Origin: Syntrophobacterales bacterium
GTDB taxonomy: Bacteria; Desulfobacterota; Syntrophia; Syntrophales; UBA2192
Reading direction: 5' to 3'
Length of the DNA: 64,000 nt
NCBI GenBank assembly: GCA_018053845.1
Contig: JAGPKU010000001.1
Coordinates: 101,235-165,234, forward strand
Shown here: piece after piece, positions 50,109 through 64,000 of the stretch
Position numbering within the stretch: the first letter of the stretch is position 1
How the letters are laid out: every line of letters begins with the position of its first letter
Translations under genes and position numbers: made by a program
The notes under the pieces: generated by a model
Database searches by the model: none
The model's input: the letters and a program-made list of their open reading frames with translations, nothing else
Told to the model about the DNA's origin: nothing

Positions 50109-50168
50109 GGAAATCCTTCTATCCCTTTCCGTCCAAATTGAAGGGGTCTGCGAAAGCTTGACTTTTTA

Positions 50169-54293
<4,125 letters not shown>

Positions 54294-54314
54294 GTTGGGA
54301 CTCCTTTAAAAACT

Positions 54315-54401
54315 GGCTAAAGGCTCCGGGCGAAGGGCTTACGGCTAGAGACAACATGCTTTCTGCCTCGCCTATTGCCGTATGCCTTAAGCCATATGCC
54401 G
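54315..54401. repeat. Heptad-phased GGC/GCC hairpin module 1 in the rpoB-rpoC spacer (element R9)
   Basis: GGC at 54315,54322,54329,54336,54343 (strict 7-nt phase) and GCC at 54370,54377,54384,54391,54398. GGC:GCC triplets pair in register, with additional flanking pairs (for example 54315-54324 with 54384-54393, 9 of 10 positions). Confidence 0.75.
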
Positions 54402-54426
54402 TTCTTTCTTCCTATCTGTCGTGACC

Positions 54427-54494
54427 GGCTCGGGGCCAAGGCTCCGGAAACGTTTTCTTCCTTTTCCATACGCCTTAAGCCATAAGCCCTTTGC

Positions 54495-54495
<1 letters not shown>
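54427..54495. repeat. Heptad-phased GGC/GCC hairpin module 2 in the rpoB-rpoC spacer (element R10)
   Basis: GGC at 54427,54434,54440 and GCC at 54472,54479,54486,54493. Exact repeats with module 1: AAGGCTCCGG (54320-29 = 54438-47) and GCCTTAAGCCATA (54384-96 = 54472-84). The last GCC unit overlaps the rpoB stop codon. Confidence 0.75.
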
Positions 54496-58589
<4,094 letters not shown>

Positions 58590-58777
58590 CTTTTCTTATT
58601 CCTCAGAAAAATGGACGACCCCGTCTGCGTCCCCGGGCTTCCTTCGGCCTGCCGTGCTGGCCGCACCGGGAACCGGGGCCTTCCGGCCGCGCCGGAAGAG
58701 CCCTCCCTTCCCGGATCCCTGGAAACCCGTAACGCCCTACGGGGTGTCAAAATGGGTTGCCTTACGATCAAATCGCC

Positions 58778-59164
58778 TTACTTGATCTCGACGGTGGCGC
58801 CCACGGCCTCGAGCTTCTTCTTGATCTCGTCGGCTTCCGCCTTGGCGATGCCTTCCTTGACGGGCTTGGGCACGCCTTCGACGAGGTCCTTGGCTTCCTT
58901 CAGGCCGAGGCCCGTGATGGCGCGGATTTCCTTGATGACCTGGATCTTCTCGGCGCCGAAGCTCGTCAGGACGACGTCGAACTCCGTCTTCTCCTCGGCC
59001 GCCGCGGCCGCCGCGGGGGCCGCGCCGCCGGCCACGGCCGCCACGGCCACCGGGGCCGCCGCCGAGACGCCGAACTTCGCTTCCAGTTCCTTGACGAGCT
59101 CCGAGAGTTCGAGCACCGTCATCCCTTCGATATACTTGACAACGTCTTCCTTCGTGATCGCCAT
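58778..59164 (-). CDS. rplL: 50S ribosomal protein L7/L12 (bL12)
   Basis: [37 protein letters not shown], Ala-rich hinge, C-terminal [32 protein letters not shown]. Confidence 0.98.
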   Translation of the reverse strand: MAITKEDVVKYIEGMTVLELSELVKELEAKFGVSAAAPVAVAAVAGGAAPAAAAAAEEKTEFDVVLTSFGAEKIQVIKEIRAITGLGLKEAKDLVEGVPKPVKEGIAKAEADEIKKKLEAVGATVEIK

Positions 59165-59177
59165 GTTTCTCCACTCC

Positions 59178-59705
59178 TTATGCGTTTTCTTTTTCCTTTT
59201 TCTGCCTGTAGGCCTCGAGGACCTGCACAAGACCGCGCGGCACGGCGCTCAGCACCGTGACGAACTGCGTCGGCACCGCCATGAGGGTGCCCAGGAGCTT
59301 CGCCAGGAGCACCTCCCGGCTCGGCAGCTCGGAGAGGAGATCCAGCTGCTGCCGGCTGACCATCCGGCCGTCCATCCAGGCGAACTTGATGTCCAGCTCG
59401 GGGTTTTTCCTGGCGAAGTCGATGAGAACCTTGGTGGGGGCCGCCACGTCGCCGCCGATCATGGACAGCGACAGGGGGCCTTTGAGGTTGTCCTTCAGGC
59501 CGGCGAAGTCCGTCCCCTGGGCGGCGATGCCCAGCAGGGTGTTCTTCACGACCCGGAACTCGGTTCCCGTCTTGCGCAGTTCATTCCTCAGGGCAGTGAT
59601 CTTCTCGACGTTCAGGCCGCTGTACCCGGCCAGAACGGCGAGCTTGACGCTCTTGAGCCTCTCGTGAAGCTCCGCGACTGCCTGCTCCTTTTCCTTTCTG
59701 TCCAA
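59178..59705 (-). CDS. rplJ: 50S ribosomal protein L10 (uL10)
   Basis: (L)[51 protein letters not shown] start at 59705 with SD AAAGGAGG 7 nt upstream. Confidence 0.95.
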   Translation of the reverse strand: MDRKEKEQAVAELHERLKSVKLAVLAGYSGLNVEKITALRNELRKTGTEFRVVKNTLLGIAAQGTDFAGLKDNLKGPLSLSMIGGDVAAPTKVLIDFARKNPELDIKFAWMDGRMVSRQQLDLLSELPSREVLLAKLLGTLMAVPTQFVTVLSAVPRGLVQVLEAYRQKKEKENA

Positions 59706-59980
59706 CCTTGAACCTCCTTTCCCACGGTCAATTTCCCTTCCCGGTTTCAGGGGCCGGAAGGCTTCGAAAGTCGGAGCGCGCAACGGGGAGAAACATGACT
59801 GCCTGAACGAGGGTACACCCGGCGGAAGGGTCCGCCGCTTCCTGTTCCATCCCGCCTCGCCGCCCCGGGGGCGGCTCGGTTCGGGGATGTCGTCTCGGCA
59901 GGCCGGCGCGGGGCCGATTAAACTCCCGGTACCTGCTGTCTCCGACTCTTCGGTTACACGTTATGACATGGCGGCCGGTG
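59706..59980 (-). promoter_or_regulatory. Long structured rplA-rplJ spacer (possible L10(L12)4 autoregulatory leader and/or internal promoter)
   Basis: 275-nt GC-rich noncoding spacer directly upstream of rplJ, the position of L10 leaders in other bacteria. Several stems are visible (for example GGCGGACCCTTCCGCC). No motif-level match could be made by eye. Confidence 0.3.
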
Positions 59981-60682
59981 CTACTTCATCAGGTTCCGAA
60001 TATCCAGGGGGTCGACCCTGACCCCCGGACCCATGGTGGTGGATAGGGAGATGCTCTTGAGATAGGTTCCTTTGCTCGATGCCGGTTTGAGCTTGATGAT
60101 CGTCTCCAGCAGGGCCGTCACGTTTTCCAGAAGCTTCTCGGCGCCGAAGGAGGCCTTGCCGACGGGGGTGTGGACGATGCCCGCCTTTTCCACGCGGAAC
60201 TCCACCTTGCCCGCCTTGAGCTCCTTGACGACCTTCCCCACGTCGAAGGTCACGGTGCCGACCTTCGGGTTGGGCATGAGGCCCCGGGGCCCCAGGACCT
60301 TGCCCAGCTTGCCGACGGTGCCCATCATGTCCGGGGTGGCCACGACGCGGTCGAACTCGAGCCAGCCGCCCTTGATCTTCTCGACGAGATCGTCGGATCC
60401 CGCGAAATCGGCCCCGGCGTCCAGGGCCTCCTTCTCCTTCTCGCCCTTGGCGAACACGAGGACCCGCACGGTCTTGCCCAGGCCGTGGGGCAGCGCGACG
60501 CTGCCGCGGACCATCTGGTCGGCGTGCTTCGGGTCGACGCCGAGGCGGATCGCCGCGTCCATCGTCTCGTCGAACTTGGCGCCGGCCGTGCCGACCGCGA
60601 GCTCCACGGCCTCCTTGAGGGGATAGCGCTTCCCCGATTCGATCTTCTTTTTCGCCTCTGTGTATCTCTTGCCTCTGGCCAT
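59981..60682 (-). CDS. rplA: 50S ribosomal protein L1 (uL1)
   Basis: MARGKRY.EA.KKI......Y.L.EA..L.......KFDET.D.A..LGVDP...DQ.VRG.V.LPHG.GK. Confidence 0.98.
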   Translation of the reverse strand: MARGKRYTEAKKKIESGKRYPLKEAVELAVGTAGAKFDETMDAAIRLGVDPKHADQMVRGSVALPHGLGKTVRVLVFAKGEKEKEALDAGADFAGSDDLVEKIKGGWLEFDRVVATPDMMGTVGKLGKVLGPRGLMPNPKVGTVTFDVGKVVKELKAGKVEFRVEKAGIVHTPVGKASFGAEKLLENVTALLETIIKLKPASSKGTYLKSISLSTTMGPGVRVDPLDIRNLMK

Positions 60683-60698
60683 TGCCCCAAACCCCTCG

Positions 60699-61124
60699 CT
60701 ATGCCGTGATCTCGATGCCCATCGACCGGGCGGTCCCCGCCACGGTCCGGACGGCCGCATCGATGTCCACGCAGTTGAGATCCTTGAACTTCAGCTCCGC
60801 GATGTCCCTGACCTGCTTGCCCGTCACCCTGCCCACGGTCTCCCGCTTCGGGTCGCTCGCGCCCTTGGCGATCTTGGCGGCCTGCTTCAGGAGCACCGAG
60901 ACGGGGGGCGTCTTCGTCACGAACGTGAAGGAGCGGTCGGCGTACACGGTGATCACCACGGGGATGATCATGCCCTCCTGCTTGGCCGTCATGGCGTTGT
61001 AGGCCTTGCAGAACTCCATGATGTTCACGCCGTGCTGGCCGAGGGCCGGGCCGATCGGCGGGGAGGGCGTGGCCTTGCCCGCCTGGATCTGCAGCTTGAT
61101 GTTCGCGATGACTTTCTTTGCCAT
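60699..61124 (-). CDS. rplK: 50S ribosomal protein L11 (uL11)
   Basis: MAKKV...[28 protein letters not shown]. Confidence 0.98.
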   Translation of the reverse strand: MAKKVIANIKLQIQAGKATPSPPIGPALGQHGVNIMEFCKAYNAMTAKQEGMIIPVVITVYADRSFTFVTKTPPVSVLLKQAAKIAKGASDPKRETVGRVTGKQVRDIAELKFKDLNCVDIDAAVRTVAGTARSMGIEITA

Positions 61125-61173
61125 AGTGTCTTCACCCTGTGGTGTGATTGACCCCTTTCGGAACGGCCCGGGC

Positions 61174-61704
61174 CTAGGCCGCGACGACCTGGATGAAGTC
61201 CAGTTCCACCGGCGTCGAGCGGCCGAAGATGCTGACGATGACCCGGAGCTTGCCCTTCTCGGGCTTCACCTCGTCGACGATGCCGTCGAAGTTGGTGAAG
61301 GGTCCGTCGATGATCTTGACGTGATCGCCCACGTCGAAGGAGAACTTGGGCTTGGGCTTCAGCGTCCCCTCCTCGATGCGGGTCCGGAGCGCCAGGACGT
61401 CCTCGTCGGGGATCGGGGTCGGCTTCTCCTTGGTGCCGATGAAGCCCGTCACCTTGGGGGTGTTCTTGACGATGTGCCAGGTGTCGTCGTTGAGCTCCAT
61501 CTTCACGAGCACGTAGCCCGGGAAGAACTTGCGCTTCGAGGTCTTCTTCTCGCCGCTGACCAGCTCGACGATGTCCTCCTCGGGCACGAGGATGTCGGAG
61601 AAGAAGGCCTGCATGCCCGCCGCCTCGATGCGCTCCTGGAGCGACAGCTTGACCTTGTTCTCGAAGCCCGAATAGGTATGGACGACGTACCAGCGGAAAG
61701 CCAT
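61174..61704 (-). CDS. nusG: Transcription termination/antitermination factor NusG
   Basis: [13 protein letters not shown]...L; KOW motif GD.V.I.DGPF.NF.G.V.EV. Confidence 0.97.
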   Translation of the reverse strand: MAFRWYVVHTYSGFENKVKLSLQERIEAAGMQAFFSDILVPEEDIVELVSGEKKTSKRKFFPGYVLVKMELNDDTWHIVKNTPKVTGFIGTKEKPTPIPDEDVLALRTRIEEGTLKPKPKFSFDVGDHVKIIDGPFTNFDGIVDEVKPEKGKLRVIVSIFGRSTPVELDFIQVVAA

Positions 61705-61711
61705 CTCTTGC

Positions 61712-61915
61712 CTACCCCAGAACCAGACGGATGATCTTGGCGAGTCCGAAGTCCACGAGCCCCAGGACCAGCGACACGATCACCGTGACGACGATCACGA
61801 CCGAGGTGGACGTGATCGCCTGCTTCGGGGTGGGCCATGTCACCTTTTTCAGTTCCGCCCGGGATTCCTTCAGGAACTGCTGAACGACGTTCAGGATCTG
61901 CTTTACCTTGTCCAA
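61712..61915 (-). CDS. secE: Preprotein translocase subunit SecE (single-TM form)
   Basis: 67 aa. ..E..KV.WPT.K......VV.V......L...D. TTG start at 61915, 32 nt after tRNA-Trp. Confidence 0.9.
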   Translation of the reverse strand: MDKVKQILNVVQQFLKESRAELKKVTWPTPKQAITSTSVVIVVTVIVSLVLGLVDFGLAKIIRLVLG

Positions 61916-61947
61916 TACCTTGTCCTGTACGGCCGGTCGGGAGGAAA

Positions 61948-62024
61948 TGGCAGGCCAGGAGGGATTCGAACCCCCAGCATCCGGATTTGGAGTCCGGCGC
62001 TCTAGCCGTTAGAGCTACTGGCCT
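61948..62024 (-). tRNA. tRNA-Trp (anticodon CCA), CCA end encoded
   Basis: Minus strand AGGCCAGTAGCTCTAACGGCTAGAGCGCCGGACTCCAAATCCGGATGCTGGGGGTTCGAATCCCTCCTGGCCTGCCA. The cloverleaf folds by eye (anticodon arm CCGGA-CTCCAAA-TCCGG, T-arm GGGGG-TTCGAAT-CCCTC). Confidence 0.93.
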
Positions 62025-62045
62025 GTACCCCGTTCCTTCCCGCCG

Positions 62046-62195
62046 TTACTTGGTTTCCTTGTGCGGCGTGTGGGTCTTGCAGAACCTGCAGAACTTCTTC
62101 ATCTCGAGCCGGTCCTGCATGGTCCGCTTGTTCTTCGTCGTCGTGTAGTTGCGGCGCTTGCATTCCGTGCAGGCCAGCGTAATGTTGTTTCGCAT
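62046..62195 (-). CDS. rpmG: 50S ribosomal protein L33 (bL33, Cys4 zinc form)
   Basis: [49 protein letters not shown]. Begins 21 nt after the 3' end of tRNA-Thr(GGU). Confidence 0.95.
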   Translation of the reverse strand: MRNNITLACTECKRRNYTTTKNKRTMQDRLEMKKFCRFCKTHTPHKETK

Positions 62196-62216
62196 CGATG
62201 TCCACCCTGGCTGAAA

Positions 62217-62292
62217 TGGAGCCCACGACCAGGATTGAACTGGTGACCTCATCCTTACCAAGGATGTGCTCTACCGACTGAGCTACGTGGGC
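62217..62292 (-). tRNA. tRNA-Thr (anticodon GGT), CCA encoded
   Basis: GCCCACGTAGCTCAGTCGGTAGAGCACATCCTTGGTAAGGATGAGGTCACCAGTTCAATCCTGGTCGTGGGCTCCA. Anticodon loop TTGGTAA. Confidence 0.93.
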
Positions 62293-62364
62293 TGAAAACC
62301 GGCAACCCGGCATCCGGCGCCGGCCGATCGCCTCGGCCGCCCCGGTCCGTTCTCCTGGAAAAGT

Positions 62365-62440
62365 TGGAGCGGGAAACGGGATTCGAACCCGCGACCCTCA
62401 GCTTGGAAGGCTGACGCTCTAGCCACTGAGCTACTCCCGC
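62365..62440 (-). tRNA. tRNA-Gly (anticodon TCC), CCA encoded
   Basis: GCGGGAGTAGCTCAGTGGCTAGAGCGTCAGCCTTCCAAGCTGAGGGTCGCGGGTTCGAATCCCGTTTCCCGCTCCA. Anticodon loop CTTCCAA. Confidence 0.93.
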
Positions 62441-62501
62441 TCACCCCCGCCCGGGGCTCACTCACGGTCCTCCTTCGGGGCGCGGTGAATGAGAAAAAAT
62501 A

Positions 62502-62586
62502 TGGTGGAGGGGGGAGGGTTCGAACCTCCGTAGGCTGCGCCGGCAGATTTACAGTCTGCTCCCTTTGACCGCTCGGGAACCCCTCC
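62502..62586 (-). tRNA. tRNA-Tyr (anticodon GTA), long variable arm, CCA encoded
   Basis: GGAGGGGTTCCCGAGCGGTCAAAGGGAGCAGACTGTAAATCTGCCGGCGCAGCCTACGGAGGTTCGAACCCTCCCCCCTCCACCA. Confidence 0.93.
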
Positions 62587-62612
62587 GGATCTCGTGATCG
62601 CTATGGGCGATA

Positions 62613-62688
62613 TGGAGCTGGCGATGGGACTCGAACCCGCAACCGGCTGATTACAAATCAGCTGCTCTACCTGTTGAGCTACGCCAGC
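62613..62688 (-). tRNA. tRNA-Thr (anticodon TGT), CCA encoded
   Basis: GCTGGCGTAGCTCAACAGGTAGAGCAGCTGATTTGTAATCAGCCGGTTGCGGGTTCGAGTCCCATCGCCAGCTCCA. Anticodon loop TTTGTAA. Confidence 0.93.
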
Positions 62689-62762
62689 CATTTCATACAA
62701 TCTTTCAAAGAATTCCGGCCCTTAGAACGCAAAAAGACGCACGCCGGGCGTAGAAGCAACGA

Positions 62763-62802
62763 AGGTTAGTGTGAAATCCGTCTTTTGTCAAGGATTTTTT
62801 TA
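62763..62802 (-). promoter_or_regulatory. Promoter of the tRNA/rpmG/secE... supercluster (with A-tract UP-like element)
   Basis: Minus strand GTAAAAAAATCC-TTGACA (62791-62786), 17-nt spacer, TAACCT (62768-62763), about 70 nt upstream of the first tRNA. The local sequence is AT-rich. Confidence 0.55.
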
Positions 62803-62806
62803 CAAC

Positions 62807-62890
62807 GGGCTTGAGGCAAAAAGCGAAGGGCTGAAGCAAAAGACGTTCAAATCCATCCTTTTCCCCCTTGGCCCCGCGCCCTTTGCCTAT
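62807..62890. repeat. Heptad-phased GGC/GCC hairpin (element R11; same family as the rpoB-rpoC spacer modules)
   Basis: GGC/AGC at 62808,62815,62822,62829 and GCC at 62871,62878,62885. 62815-62842 is about 70% complementary to 62859-62888. Exact matches to the rpoBC spacer: GCGAAGGGCT (62823-32 = 54330-39) and the 17-mer 62878-62894 = 54486-54502. Confidence 0.75.
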
Positions 62891-63456
62891 TCTTCACCGA
62901 ATACATCGGCCGAAAAAAGGTAGATCTCCGTCTCCGGGTCGCGCCAGGCATCGGGGGCAAGGCCCGCCTTCCGGCAGGTTTCCCTCAGGAACGTCTCCCG
63001 GTCCCATCGCCACTCGGTGGCCACCTGGGGCAGCAGCAGCCCCGCCCGCGCCCCCTTGCGGATGTAGAGGCCGTGCGTGCCGATTTCGATGGCGCCCACA
63101 TCGGCGACCCGGCGCAGGGGGGTGAGCACGGAGATCTCCACGCGGAGGTCCTTGAGTTCCTCCCTGCGCAGGGGCGGGAACCGGGGGTCCTGGAACGCCG
63201 CGGCCACGGCCATCTCCTCGACGGTCTGCGCCAGGGGCTTTTTCGCCTCGATCATGCCGATGCAGCCGCGCAGCTTGCCCCGCTTCTTCAGGGAGACGAA
63301 GGCCCCGCGCTTCTCGTCCGGTGTCCCCTGTCCTTCGGCCGCCGGCGGGGCTTCCCCCCTCAGCTCGGCCTCGATGGATTCGCGGGCGATCCGCAGGAGG
63401 GCCTGCTTCTGCTCGCCGGTGAGTCCCCGGTCGGTTGCGGCCTTGCCGTCTGCCAT
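62887..63456 (-). CDS. AmmeMemoRadiSam system protein A (AMMECR1 domain)
   Basis: 189 aa from MADGK. RGAFVSLKK.GKLRGCIG, PLRREELKDLRVEISVLT.L, GTHGLYIRKG.RAGLLLPQVA are AMMECR1 signatures. Confidence 0.9.
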   Translation of the reverse strand: MADGKAATDRGLTGEQKQALLRIARESIEAELRGEAPPAAEGQGTPDEKRGAFVSLKKRGKLRGCIGMIEAKKPLAQTVEEMAVAAAFQDPRFPPLRREELKDLRVEISVLTPLRRVADVGAIEIGTHGLYIRKGARAGLLLPQVATEWRWDRETFLRETCRKAGLAPDAWRDPETEIYLFSADVFGEE

Positions 63457-63460
63457 CGCC

Positions 63461-64000
63461 CTACCCCCGAGGCTCCCTGAAAAAGGCCGCCGAGAGATAC
63501 CCCACCACCTGGCGCCTGTCGCCGGTGACGTCGCCGGAATGGGCGTACCGGAGCACCTGCACGCCCCGGGCCCCGGCCTTCTCGGCGAAGAGCATGGCCG
63601 TGACGACCGGGCCCCCGCCGCAGGCCTCGCAGGAGCCCTCCTCGAGACGGCGCGCCAGACCCCGGGGATCCCCCTTGCGCACCAGGTCGACGACGATCGC
63701 GTCGAGCCGCTCGGCCTGCCGGTCGTCGTGAAAGTGCGAGAGGTCCGAGCTGCCCACGACGAGAACCTCCCTGCCCTTCGCGGCCTCCCAGAGGGCCTCC
63801 GCAACGGCCTCGCAGGTCCGGAAGTCCTGGGAGCCCATCACGAGGGGGACGAAGGCGAAGGACCCGAGCGCCACCTGCAGGAAGGGCAGCTGGATCTCGA
63901 CGGAATGCTCCGCCGCGTGGGGCCTGCGGTCGTCGGTCAGGACAGCGCCGCCCCCGAGGATCGCCTCGGCCAACCCGGCCTCGACGGGGACGACGCCCAG
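63461..64000 (-). CDS. AmmeMemoRadiSam system protein B (MEMO1-like), 3' portion; 5' end beyond window
   Basis: Frame open to base 64000. EHSVEIQLPFLQ, VPLVMGSQD, VVGSSDLSHFH are Memo-family metal-site motifs. The stop lies 4 nt before the protein A start. Confidence 0.88.
   Translation of the reverse strand: MGVVPVEAGLAEAILGGGAVLTDDRRPHAAEHSVEIQLPFLQVALGSFAFVPLVMGSQDFRTCEAVAEALWEAAKGREVLVVGSSDLSHFHDDRQAERLDAIVVDLVRKGDPRGLARRLEEGSCEACGGGPVVTAMLFAEKAGARGVQVLRYAHSGDVTGDRRQVVGYLSAAFFREPRG

Noticed and set aside
61125-61173. L1-binding autoregulatory site in the nusG-rplK spacer.
   Set aside because: The spacer is only 49 nt, and I could not identify the 23S-mimic motif with confidence by eye.

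Overview
High-GC bacterial chromosome segment from a diderm, probably anaerobic organism (LptD, flavodiiron protein, KamA-type radical SAM enzyme). Lineage cannot be fixed without a database search. Bases 1-31,000 carry mixed housekeeping and accessory genes. These are the copA 3' part, a thioredoxin-fold/TPR protein, an SRAP/YedK peptidase, a CoA-binding protein, a MATE exporter, an eRF1-like (baeRF-type) protein coupled to a glycerophosphodiesterase, and a cupin. Next come a CheY-like REC protein, FprA, a cold-shock protein, TypA/BipA, a divergent YchF-like NTPase and a PNPOx-family protein. A minus-strand operon follows (SAM-MTase? / YiiX-like papain-fold enzyme / hotdog thioesterase / DUF6125-like / LysM-YkuD-SPOR L,D-transpeptidase), then epmB-efp-epmA, cysS, argC, rplM-rpsI, lptD and folC. 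Bases 31,100-62,800 form one uninterrupted minus-strand translation/transcription supercluster. Its order is promoter, tRNA-Thr/Tyr/Gly/Thr, rpmG, tRNA-Trp, secE-nusG-rplKAJL-rpoBC-rpsLG-fusA-tuf, then the S10, spc and alpha operons, ending at a strong terminator after rplQ. The window ends with AmmeMemoRadiSam proteins A and B (B is partial). I found no rRNA, CRISPR array, transposase, integrase or recognisable defence system. The most unusual signal is noncoding. Almost every intergenic spacer longer than about 80 nt contains a long imperfect hairpin whose two arms are built from short motifs phased every 7 or 8 nt. The motif pairs are GGC/GCC heptads, GAAG/CTTCC octads, CAGGT/ACCTG heptads and GGnnnnAG/TCTCACC octads. 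At least two sequence families recur at unlinked loci with long exact matches, several copies abut or supply the stop codon of the upstream gene, and two modules fill an unusually long rpoB-rpoC spacer. I cannot assign these to a named repeat family from memory. They are the best candidate here for something undescribed, but they may simply be REP-like terminator or stabiliser elements.
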